This document shows, piece by piece, positions 16,665-24,251 of a stretch of DNA of 25,828 nucleotides (position 1 is its first letter; each line of letters opens with the position of its first letter). The translations under genes and the position numbers were made by a program. Origin of the DNA: an uncultured virus (IMG/VR IMGVR_UViG_3300046367_000054) (Duplodnaviria > Heunggongvirae > Uroviricota > Caudoviricetes > Crassvirales). The stretch lies in IMG/VR virus record IMGVR_UViG_3300046367_000054; one strand, 5' to 3'. The notes under the pieces were generated by a model that had not been told where the DNA came from, did not search any database, and saw nothing but the letters and a program-made list of their open reading frames with translations.

Positions 16665-17270
16665 ATGAACTTATTAACTCAAAATTCGAAATTAAAAAAG
16701 ACAAGCAAATTAACAGGTCTACGAGTATTTAATTTTGGCATTCCTGCATACAAAAGCGCGACGGGTAAATTAACCTGCCCGTTCGCTGCAGAATGTGTTA
16801 AGTTTTGTTATGCTCAAAAAGGTGCATACTCTTGGAGTAATGTTAAGCCAGCGTTTGAAAAACGTTATGAGCTAACTAAGACTGACGATTTTGTTAATGA
16901 GATGAACAAAGAAATAGCTAAGAAAAAACCTGATTATGTACGTGTCCACGACAGTGGCGACTACTACTCCAAAGCATATCTTGATAAATGGATCGAGATT
17001 GCTATACACAACCCGCATGTCAGGTTTTATAGCTATACTAACAGTGTTGAAATGCTAAAATCCGTTGATCTACCTGATAACTACGATATTATCTTTAGCG
17101 ACTCTGGCAAACAAAAAGACAAAATTAATACTAAAGTTGATCGTCATACCAGAATTTTTGCTACCTTAGCCGAGATGACATTAGCTGGCTATGTAAACGC
17201 CATGGAAACTGATCTTAATGCAACTAAGTGGTTTAACAAAACAAATAGAGTAGGATTAATTTTTCACTAA
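16665..17270 (+). CDS. Gp88-like (radical-SAM-like Cys motif) protein (201 aa)
   Basis: N.KL.K, TCPFAAECVKFCYA, VRVHDSGDYY and FYSYT motifs. Confidence 0.7.
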   Translation: MNLLTQNSKLKKTSKLTGLRVFNFGIPAYKSATGKLTCPFAAECVKFCYAQKGAYSWSNVKPAFEKRYELTKTDDFVNEMNKEIAKKKPDYVRVHDSGDYYSKAYLDKWIEIAIHNPHVRFYSYTNSVEMLKSVDLPDNYDIIFSDSGKQKDKINTKVDRHTRIFATLAEMTLAGYVNAMETDLNATKWFNKTNRVGLIFH

Positions 17271-17413
17271 TGAGTAGAACAATAAAGCAAAAAAGTAAAG
17301 CGGTAGCTAAATCATGTAAAAATCATGGTGGTTGCCCGTATTGTGAAGGCAATAGATTGTATAAGCATCGTAAAAAATTGCTTGCTTACAAGCCAAACAC
17401 GATTGACAATTGA
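17270..17413 (+). CDS. Small Cys/His putative Zn-binding protein (47 aa)
   Basis: MSRTIK...SCKNHGGCPYCEGNR; TAATG coupling; its 3' end overlaps copy 11. Confidence 0.65.
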   Translation: MSRTIKQKSKAVAKSCKNHGGCPYCEGNRLYKHRKKLLAYKPNTIDN

Positions 17414-17427
17414 TAATATAAATGTAA
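17386..17427 (+). promoter_or_regulatory. 42-bp element, copy 11
   Basis: TTACA agccaaac ACGA ttgacaatt GATAATA taaa TGTAA. Confidence 0.8.
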
Positions 17428-17446
17428 CAAATAAAAAATATAAATT

Positions 17447-17860
17447 ATGAATCCATTAGATCAAATTTTCGAAATTACCCAATTAAGCGTTATAAATTCT
17501 GCATCAAGCATTTTTACTAAAGACGATGTACACAAGTTAATTACTCAACTACAGTCTAACATTAATAAGCATGCAATCGATGAAAGTAAATTACCTCAGC
17601 AACCAATATCAACACCTAATATATTAGCTAGCGACTTTGCTAAATTTACTTCAGCTGTTCGTAACAAATTATCTTATTACTTAGAAAGTTCAGACCTTGT
17701 TGATTATGATTCTGCAGAATTTGAAATTGAATACAACAATCAGCTTGTACTTAATCATGTTAATGTAGATTTTGATCGTTGGACTGAAGAGTTTGATGAA
17801 TATATGCTGGATAACTTTACAGAAGTATTTGGTGACGATAGTATTATTGCTGAACAGTAA
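17447..17860 (+). CDS. Acidic hypothetical protein (137 aa)
   Basis: ORF track; follows copy 11. Confidence 0.75.
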   Translation: MNPLDQIFEITQLSVINSASSIFTKDDVHKLITQLQSNINKHAIDESKLPQQPISTPNILASDFAKFTSAVRNKLSYYLESSDLVDYDSAEFEIEYNNQLVLNHVNVDFDRWTEEFDEYMLDNFTEVFGDDSIIAEQ

Positions 17861-17867
17861 TAATTAA

Positions 17868-17940
17868 GGACTTATAGCTCAGTTGGTAGAGCGGGACACT
17901 CATAATGTCAAGGTCGTAGGTTCGAATCCTACTAGGTCCA
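17868..17940 (+). tRNA. tRNA with CAT anticodon, probably tRNA-Ile2 (lysidine) rather than Met
   Basis: GGACTTA TA GCTC AGTTGGTA GAGC G GGACA CTCATAA TGTCA AGGTC GTAGG TTCGAAT CCTAC TAGGTCC A; the GGAC acceptor and GTAGG T-arm resemble bacterial Ile2 tRNAs; CCA not encoded. Confidence 0.85.
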
Positions 17941-17949
17941 CAAATGGTA

Positions 17950-18295
17950 TAGGCGCACTAACTTCCAATTTCAATAGAACGCAACAAGGTTAAACATTGA
18001 ATACCTTTGTAAATATAGATTGAGCCTAAGAAAAACGTGGCAGATTAAATCGCTATCGCAATTTACATAAAGATACTATCAGTAATGGTAGATGCGTTGT
18101 TCCCTTGAGAAAGGAATAGTAAAGAAGAGTGTCATTACTTGAATTATGTAGAACATAATCGCTCACTACAACACAAATGAGTTCTCAGCAAGTAGTTAGT
18201 AAGAGGCCCTTACATTTAGTATAACTACGTGACCCTAACTCTCTTATACAAGCTCCGTAACTGATAACTCGGTAAGCTATAAGAAAGAGGGTGCT
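17950..18295 (+). ncRNA. Putative structured non-coding RNA(s) between the tRNA genes
   Basis: No ORF in the track; dense hairpins including GNRA tetraloops (see finding). Confidence 0.45.
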
Positions 18296-18300
18296 AATAA

Positions 18301-18371
18301 GATCGAGTGGCGTAATTGGTAAAGCATAGTAGAGATCCTACTACATATAGGTTCGAATCCTATCTCGGTCA
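18301..18371 (+). tRNA. tRNA-like element with non-canonical anticodon loop (pseudo-tRNA or mimic)
   Basis: GATCGAG/CTCGGTC acceptor, TAATTGGTA D-loop, ATAGG TTCGAAT CCTAT T-arm; anticodon arm TAGTA GAGATCC TACTA. Confidence 0.65.
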
Positions 18372-18375
18372 CAAT

Positions 18376-18417
18376 TTACAAAACAAACACGAATAATAAT
18401 TGATAATATTAATATAA
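18376..18417 (+). promoter_or_regulatory. 42-bp element, copy 12
   Basis: TTACA aaacaaac ACGA ataataatt GATAATA ttaa TATAA. Confidence 0.78.
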
Positions 18418-18427
18418 AAAACAAACT

Positions 18428-18868
18428 ATGAATATATTTTATTTAGACAGAGACCCAGTAAAAGCAGCTGAACAGCATTACAATAAGCATGTTGTTAAAA
18501 TGGTCTTAGAAGCAGCCCAATTACTTTGCACAGCGCACCATTTAGCTGGTAATCCAAGCGATGTTCCATACAAAAAAACACACATGAATCATCCATCTGC
18601 CGTATGGGTACGATCATCAGTAGCTAATTATATGTGGTGCTACGAATATATGTTAGCTCTTGGGGCTGAATATACTAAACGTTACGGTAAGCATCATTTA
18701 ACTATTGCAAAGTGTCGTGAGATTCTTTCTAATGTACCGCATGCTATACACGCTGTCGACTTTTGCGATCCACCACAATGTATGCCTGACGAATACAAAA
18801 TGATCGATGCTGTTGATGGTTACAGAAAATATTACGAAATTGGCAAAGCACACTTAAAAGATAAATAA
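18428..18868 (+). CDS. Pyrimidine dimer DNA glycosylase / T4 endonuclease V-like protein (146 aa)
   Basis: MNIFYLD..P..AA....KHVVKM.LE..QLL, THMNHP...W, EY..RYGK.H and PPQCMP motifs. Confidence 0.75.
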   Translation: MNIFYLDRDPVKAAEQHYNKHVVKMVLEAAQLLCTAHHLAGNPSDVPYKKTHMNHPSAVWVRSSVANYMWCYEYMLALGAEYTKRYGKHHLTIAKCREILSNVPHAIHAVDFCDPPQCMPDEYKMIDAVDGYRKYYEIGKAHLKDK

Positions 18869-19074
18869 TGGAATTATACAGTTTAGAAGATATTTCAGGT
18901 TATACAAATATAAACTCTGATACATTATTGTCACGCGCTAAAACATTGGGTATCAAGCCGTTTAACAAGCGATCTCAAACATATCTTTATACAAGATCAC
19001 AAGCGGGTTGTATTATTGGCAACTACACTTACAGTAATGATAACGAATTTTTAATATTAGAAAGTAAATTATGA
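18868..19074 (+). CDS. Possible small HTH-type DNA-binding protein (68 aa)
   Basis: YSLEDIS....I...TL..RAK.LGI pattern. Confidence 0.55.
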   Translation: MELYSLEDISGYTNINSDTLLSRAKTLGIKPFNKRSQTYLYTRSQAGCIIGNYTYSNDNEFLILESKL

Positions 19075-19328
19075 AAGAAGAAGAAATCGAAAGAATTGCA
19101 GAATTAGTATTCCAAAAGCTAGTAAAAAAGCAAGAAGAATGGGATAAAGAATTTATGCTAGAAATAAAAGATCAAGTAGTAATGGATATTTCTATTAAAG
19201 GTACAACAGATATTCAAACTAGAATTGATAACTTGCAAGCTCATCTTGATAGGTTAATTGAAAAAGAGTTGTATACTGAGGCACAAGCCGTAAAAGAGCG
19301 CATTGATGAACTTAAAAAAGAATTATAA
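19071..19328 (+). CDS. Coiled-coil protein with C-terminal UVR (UvrB/UvrC)-like motif (85 aa)
   Basis: LQAHLDRLIEKELYTEAQAVKERIDELK. Confidence 0.55.
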   Translation: MKEEEIERIAELVFQKLVKKQEEWDKEFMLEIKDQVVMDISIKGTTDIQTRIDNLQAHLDRLIEKELYTEAQAVKERIDELKKEL

Positions 19329-19441
19329 TGAGCAAAGCGAAACAACTTGTTGAACAGTATGCTGAAGAATATCTCGAAGAGAAAATAATTTATGAAACGT
19401 TATACGGCATCGTTGAGTATGAAAAGTGTGACGTAAGCTAA
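19328..19441 (+). CDS. Hypothetical 37-aa protein (MSKAKQLVEQ...)
   Basis: TAATG coupling to the upstream gene. Confidence 0.5.
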   Translation: MSKAKQLVEQYAEEYLEEKIIYETLYGIVEYEKCDVS

Positions 19442-19472
19442 TTAATTAATAATAGTAATAGGCTAATGTCAC
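19428..19472 (-). repeat. 45-bp quasi-palindromic site, copy D (inverted relative to A-C)
   Basis: Reverse complement reads GTGAC ATTAGCC TATTACTATTATTAATTAATT AGCTTAC GTCAC; contains the ATG at 19466. Confidence 0.85.
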
Positions 19473-20089
19473 AGTACGATAGAAAATTAGAACACTTGAA
19501 TAAAAATAGAATAATATATCGGCAAAACCCTATAACAGATAAACCAACACAAAAGTTTGACTGGGGTGACTATTACGAAAACGGCACATTTGAATGTTAC
19601 GATCTATTCAGAAGCAAAGCTAAGATAACCACATACAAATCATTAAAATGGCATTTATATGTTTTATGGTATCTTAATCATCAAATGAATCAAGATCAGT
19701 TTATTGAGGTCGCTAGGTTTATCTGCGATAAAACAAACGGATTTGTTACTTTTAATGTTAGCGAGCAATTATTACAAAGTATGGTTTACGATGTTAGCTT
19801 ACAAGATTTAGAAACCCCTCCACATAATAAGAATCGTAAGATTATATTTAAGGACAATTCTGGGCTTAGTTTAAACGAAAAACTATCTATAGTTGGACAA
19901 ATAGCAGGCAAGAGTAAAATAGTCTCAGATTCGGACATATATGATGCGATGCTATACATGCACGATGCAGATCAAAAGATCACGATTAAAAAGATTGCGG
20001 ATTATTTCCAATGTGCCACAAGAACTATACATCGTAATATGAGTAATGAATTAAAAAAAGAAAAAGAATTACTAAACCAAAGTTTATGA
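19466..20089 (+). CDS. DNA-binding protein with C-terminal HTH (207 aa), possibly Rep-like
   Basis: ITIKKIADYFQCATRTIHRNM helix-turn-helix. Confidence 0.7.
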   Translation: MSQYDRKLEHLNKNRIIYRQNPITDKPTQKFDWGDYYENGTFECYDLFRSKAKITTYKSLKWHLYVLWYLNHQMNQDQFIEVARFICDKTNGFVTFNVSEQLLQSMVYDVSLQDLETPPHNKNRKIIFKDNSGLSLNEKLSIVGQIAGKSKIVSDSDIYDAMLYMHDADQKITIKKIADYFQCATRTIHRNMSNELKKEKELLNQSL

Positions 20090-20307
20090 AACCAAAAGAA
20101 AAGGCAAAAGAATTAGTTGAAAAGTATTATCATTTATTTTCTGTAGAATTAGAAAATAGTATTGACTATAGAGAAGCTAACCAATGTGCATTAATAGCAG
20201 TTGATGAGATAATTAAACAAGAGGCAGAAAGATGCTTAGCTTATAAAGAAACAGATAAGTTCGTAGATTATTGGCAAGAAGTTAAACAAGAAATAGAAAA
20301 GTTATGA
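20086..20307 (+). CDS. Hypothetical protein (73 aa)
   Basis: ATGA overlap; PKEKAKELV..CALIAVDEII..YWQEVKQEI. Confidence 0.75.
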   Translation: MKPKEKAKELVEKYYHLFSVELENSIDYREANQCALIAVDEIIKQEAERCLAYKETDKFVDYWQEVKQEIEKL

Positions 20308-20540
20308 CAATAAAAGACAAGTTTATAGATGCATTTAAAAGCGGTAAAAGATTTGACATTCAAAACGCTGAAACAATAGCAGATGAATTTGCTATTGAGT
20401 TTGCAGAGTGGTGCGATGATAACTATTTTAAAAATGGGAAGGGTAATAGTAATTGGTCAGCTTCAATGGATTGGGATGATGATGAAAAGTTTACATCAAA
20501 AGAACTATTAGAAATCTTCAAAAAAGAAAAAGTATTATGA
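20304..20540 (+). CDS. Hypothetical protein (78 aa)
   Basis: ATGA overlaps. Confidence 0.75.
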   Translation: MTIKDKFIDAFKSGKRFDIQNAETIADEFAIEFAEWCDDNYFKNGKGNSNWSASMDWDDDEKFTSKELLEIFKKEKVL

Positions 20541-20773
20541 ATATATTGGATAGATTAGTTTTAAGATTAAAAGCAATTAACATTGAAATTGAATTAGTTG
20601 GTAATTACCCTTGGGTATATCTTTATAAAGTAAATGGTAATGCAATTAAAAAAGAGGATTATTATTTAGCAAATCATGGCTTTACAGTATCTTTCATGCC
20701 GATGTCCGAACGTGAAGAAATGAAGATTACAGATATTAAAAAAACATTTGAATTAATAAGAAAATACAGATAA
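20537..20773 (+). CDS. Hypothetical protein (78 aa)
   Basis: ATGA overlap; GNYPWVYL motif. Confidence 0.75.
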   Translation: MNILDRLVLRLKAINIEIELVGNYPWVYLYKVNGNAIKKEDYYLANHGFTVSFMPMSEREEMKITDIKKTFELIRKYR

Positions 20774-20774
20774 T

Positions 20775-20945
20775 ATGAAATTAACATTAGAAACATACGG
20801 TAAAACATTTACAGTTGAGGCTCACGAAGGCGCAAATATTGATGAATATTTTGACATTATAATTGGGTTATTATATCAAGCCACATTCACTGAAAAGACT
20901 ATTCAGAAAGCTATTATAGAATTAGCTGATAGTTATAAAGATTAA
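20775..20945 (+). CDS. Hypothetical protein (56 aa, MKLTLETYGK...)
   Basis: Starts 1 nt after the upstream stop. Confidence 0.6.
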   Translation: MKLTLETYGKTFTVEAHEGANIDEYFDIIIGLLYQATFTEKTIQKAIIELADSYKD

Positions 20946-20986
20946 TCACATCTCATATTGCAATATGAAATATAAACAATGGAAGC

Positions 20987-21208
20987 ATGGCAAGAATAGA
21001 CATTGATATAGAAGATTACCTAGACGAAGTTAGTACTTATAATTTAATATCTGAATTAGAAGATAGAAGACTAGATAAAGAAAATACAGATAGACTTAGA
21101 GCTATAATACAGAAAGACGGTGTAATTAGCAAGTTAAATGAATTAAGTTCATTATCATTGGCAGATCTAATGAAGCTTGAAGAATTTTTAGAAACGTTAA
21201 AAAAATAA
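20987..21208 (+). CDS. Hypothetical protein (73 aa)
   Basis: ORF track. Confidence 0.7.
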   Translation: MARIDIDIEDYLDEVSTYNLISELEDRRLDKENTDRLRAIIQKDGVISKLNELSSLSLADLMKLEEFLETLKK

Positions 21209-21210
21209 TT

Positions 21211-21435
21211 ATGAGTAAATTAAAAATAACATTTGAAGATTGGCATTCTACTTGTGGTGATGGTTGCTGCGATTATTACGGAACATATTTATATCTTAAT
21301 GGAGAAAAATTAGAACATCCTAATTCAGACGTATACGATAATAGTTATATAGGAATGGATACTGAGAATTCATTAGAGGCTGTGTTAAAAAAATTAGGTT
21401 ATGAAGTAGAATTTGAATATAAAAACGAATATTAA
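21211..21435 (+). CDS. Hypothetical protein with CGDGCC motif (74 aa)
   Basis: ORF track. Confidence 0.7.
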   Translation: MSKLKITFEDWHSTCGDGCCDYYGTYLYLNGEKLEHPNSDVYDNSYIGMDTENSLEAVLKKLGYEVEFEYKNEY

Positions 21436-21437
21436 TT

Positions 21438-21704
21438 ATGAGTACAAAATTTGGAATACCATTATATCCTGTAGACGATGCAATACTATTAGACGAAGAT
21501 GGAGAATTGCAACCATACATAAGCGAAAACTTTTTCCACGATGTATTTTTTAGAGTATTTAAAAATTCAAGATGGCTTAGTGAATTTGCGAATAGATTAC
21601 CAGATGATACAAAAGTATATGCTTTAACTAATTCGCATCAAGGAATACGTACAATAGCTGACTGTAAAAAAATATTAGAAGATGAAGCCAATACACAAGT
21701 TTAA
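21438..21704 (+). CDS. Hypothetical protein (88 aa)
   Basis: ORF track. Confidence 0.7.
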   Translation: MSTKFGIPLYPVDDAILLDEDGELQPYISENFFHDVFFRVFKNSRWLSEFANRLPDDTKVYALTNSHQGIRTIADCKKILEDEANTQV

Positions 21705-21831
21705 TAATGGAGAAGGCGCAACAATATGCCATAGCTGCCATGGTATAATAAACGTAGGCTGGTCTGACGAAGTTATTTGCAGTAAATGCAAAGGTTATAT
21801 TGAGTCTAAGAAATCAGAGAAAAAAAAGTAA
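21682..21831 (+). CDS. Small Zn-ribbon protein (49 aa)
   Basis: MKPIHKFNNGEGATICHSC...CSKC, two CxxC pairs. Confidence 0.6.
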   Translation: MKPIHKFNNGEGATICHSCHGIINVGWSDEVICSKCKGYIESKKSEKKK

Positions 21832-21840
21832 ACAAAATTG

Positions 21841-21870
21841 TTTGTTTAATTAAAAAAATTGTTATCTTTA
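21841..21870 (+). promoter_or_regulatory. Bacteroidota housekeeping-sigma-type promoter candidate
   Basis: TTTG (21841-21844) N18 TATCTTTA (21863-21870), one mismatch to TAnnTTTG; lies upstream of the trx-sigma operon. Confidence 0.5.
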
Positions 21871-21909
21871 CGAATCTAATAATAACTAAATTAATTTTAA
21901 ACAAACAAT

Positions 21910-22164
21910 ATGAAGAAAGTAATAAGATTTACCGCAAGCTGGTGCGGTCCTTGTAAAGTGTATGCAACTACATTTAAAGACGTACAAGAACAAGTTAAAA
22001 ATGCTGAATTTGAAACAGTAGATGTTGATACTGAAAACAAATTAATAGCAGAACACGGAGTTAGAAACGTTCCTACGACAGTATTGATTAAAGAAGATGG
22101 TTCCATTAAGAAGCAATCTGGTAGAATGAGCGAGAAACAACTATTAGACTTTATAAATAGTTAA
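21910..22164 (+). CDS. trxA: Thioredoxin
   Basis: WCGPC active site and VP cis-proline motif. Confidence 0.9.
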   Translation: MKKVIRFTASWCGPCKVYATTFKDVQEQVKNAEFETVDVDTENKLIAEHGVRNVPTTVLIKEDGSIKKQSGRMSEKQLLDFINS

Positions 22165-22165
22165 T

Positions 22166-22924
22166 ATGAAAAGCTATAATCTAGATAATTACTTACGTTA
22201 TAAAGACGACGTAAAGGAAATCAACGAGCGAATAGAAATAAAAGCTTATCACGAATTAACAAGAGACGAGTTGATAGCAAAGTTTTTACCTTTAGTTGAA
22301 AATCTAGCTAGGAAGTTTTCTACAAGCGATCAAGCTTCTGGTGTTATGGATATAACTGATATGATACAAGAAGGATCTATTGGTTTAATACAAGCAGTTG
22401 ATAATATCACGTGGGCTACAATACTTGAATCTGACGAGCCATTACAAACTCTTAAGTCATTCTTATCTAAAAGAATAAAAGGGGCGATACGAAGAGCGAT
22501 TGATATTAATAGAGGCGCAATAAAGCTTCCAGAACATAAGTTGGCAGAGATAAGACGCAATCCTGATGATGATAAAATGGTTGCTTTGTTTTTCAATAGC
22601 ATATTCTTTAGCATCGATGATAACGATGACGATGAGGAAGAGAATCCTATCTATCAGATAGAAGATAAAAGTAAGAAGTATAATATAAATTTATTGAATA
22701 CTTATTTGCTTAGCTTAATGAAGCAACACTTATCACAAAGACAATACGATGTACTGCGCTTGTCATACGGATTAGATACAGATAAGAAGTCGGCTAAAGA
22801 GATTGCACAATACATTAATGTAACAGTACCAACGGCAAATGTTATTGTATCACAAATTAAAAAAGAAGCAATAGATACTTTAATATCTAATGTTGATAGA
22901 GATCAAGTTATTGATTATCTTTAA
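22166..22924 (+). CDS. Sigma70-family RNA polymerase sigma factor (252 aa)
   Basis: Region 2 LPLVENLARKF...DMIQEGSIGLIQAVD...RIKGAIRRAI; region 4 LSQRQYDVLRLSYGL...KEIA. Confidence 0.9.
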   Translation: MKSYNLDNYLRYKDDVKEINERIEIKAYHELTRDELIAKFLPLVENLARKFSTSDQASGVMDITDMIQEGSIGLIQAVDNITWATILESDEPLQTLKSFLSKRIKGAIRRAIDINRGAIKLPEHKLAEIRRNPDDDKMVALFFNSIFFSIDDNDDDEEENPIYQIEDKSKKYNINLLNTYLLSLMKQHLSQRQYDVLRLSYGLDTDKKSAKEIAQYINVTVPTANVIVSQIKKEAIDTLISNVDRDQVIDYL

Positions 22925-22950
22925 ATAGTAAACAATTAAATTAAATATCC

Positions 22951-23505
22951 ATGAAAAATGAGACAATGTCCTTGAATGAAAAGTTAGCAGTCATTCAAAC
23001 AGAATTTAAAGCTAAAAAATCTAGATTCAATTCTTTTGGTAAGTACAACTTTAGGTCAGCAGAAGACATTCTAGAAGCAACAAAACCATTTTTATTAAGA
23101 TTAGGAGTATCAGTAACAGTGACAGAAGAATTAGTTGACAGTAAGTTTTTAGAATTTCCAATGTTGAAATCAACCGCTACTATATCTGACAACCTCAATG
23201 CTATACATGCTACAGCAATTGTTGGAGTAGATCTTGATCAAAAAGGTATGCAAATGCCACAGAAGTTTGGTTCAGCATCTAGTTATGGTAAGAAGTATGC
23301 TTTAGGTAATCTATTCTTGATTGATGATACTCAAGATCCTGATCACGGTAAAGCAGATCCAAAACCAAAGGTTAAGATTGAAGTAGGTACAGATACTTTT
23401 GATAAAGCTAAAGCTTACGTTAAAGATCAGACAACATTAGATACTATTTTAAATAAGTACGATGTAGATCCAAAAGCGATTGAAGAACTTAAAAAATTAA
23501 TCTAA
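22951..23505 (+). CDS. ERF-family single-strand annealing protein
   Basis: KLAVIQTE.KA.K...N.FG.Y.FRSAEDIL and Q.FGSASSY.KKYAL..LF.IDD.QDPD motifs. Confidence 0.85.
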   Translation: MKNETMSLNEKLAVIQTEFKAKKSRFNSFGKYNFRSAEDILEATKPFLLRLGVSVTVTEELVDSKFLEFPMLKSTATISDNLNAIHATAIVGVDLDQKGMQMPQKFGSASSYGKKYALGNLFLIDDTQDPDHGKADPKPKVKIEVGTDTFDKAKAYVKDQTTLDTILNKYDVDPKAIEELKKLI

Positions 23506-24236
23506 TGACTAAAGAAGAAATCTTAGAGAAGTTAAGAGATGACCAACATTATTACGGTGAATTTGGAAAACAATTTCTTAGCAACTCTAATATAAGTTCA
23601 TTGCTAACTAATCCGTTAGAGATGAATGCACCTCAGCCGCCGAATCCAAATTTTGCAATTGGTGGTTATTTTCACACTGCAATATTGGAACCCGATAAGC
23701 TACATAAATACAAGATAATTAACACAACGACTCGTAACACTAACGTTTACAAGGAGTTATCTGGCGGTGAGATTTGTTTATTACAACACGAAGTTGATAA
23801 TATCGAACTACTGAAAGATAAAATGTTAGCTAACAAAGTATGTGAAGGTCTTATAAGAGGTTTCAATGTTGAGTATGAAGTTCCTGGAATTGTTGATATC
23901 AACAGTGTAATGTGGAAAGGTAAGGCGGATATTATAAACCACGACGAAGGTTTGATAGTCGATCTTAAAACAACATCAGATCTATCAGGGTTTGCTTATT
24001 CTGCAAAGAAATATAATTATGATAGTCAAGCATACATTTATAAAAAGTTGTTTGGTTACGATTTAATTTTCATTGCAATAGATAAAAAGTCGCATCAAAT
24101 TGGTATCTTTGACTGTTCTGATAAGTTTTTACAAGGCGGTGAAGATAAAGTATTAAAAGCTGTTGATGCATACAATTTATTTTTTAAGACTGAAGACTTT
24201 GATCCTCAACAACATTTATTAACTAAAACATTATAA
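23505..24236 (+). CDS. PD-(D/E)XK exonuclease (RecE/ExoVIII C-terminal-like)
   Basis: LSNS, G..FH..ILEP, KGKAD, IVDLKTT and Y.YD.QAY.Y motifs; coupled to ERF. Confidence 0.85.
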   Translation: MTKEEILEKLRDDQHYYGEFGKQFLSNSNISSLLTNPLEMNAPQPPNPNFAIGGYFHTAILEPDKLHKYKIINTTTRNTNVYKELSGGEICLLQHEVDNIELLKDKMLANKVCEGLIRGFNVEYEVPGIVDINSVMWKGKADIINHDEGLIVDLKTTSDLSGFAYSAKKYNYDSQAYIYKKLFGYDLIFIAIDKKSHQIGIFDCSDKFLQGGEDKVLKAVDAYNLFFKTEDFDPQQHLLTKTL

Positions 24237-24251
24237 TTAAATTAAATAAAC

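Noticed and set aside
17941..18300. Theta (HDV-like) or hammerhead ribozyme in the tRNA trailer
   Set aside because: I could not identify the nested double-pseudoknot core or a CUGAUGA/GAAA pair; kept only as an unassigned structured RNA.
10893..18417. 42-bp repeats as a CRISPR array or integron attC array
   Set aside because: Spacing is irregular (about 170-1400 bp) and filled with genes, the internal spacers are degenerate, there are no attC-like hairpins, and no cas or integrase gene is present in the window.
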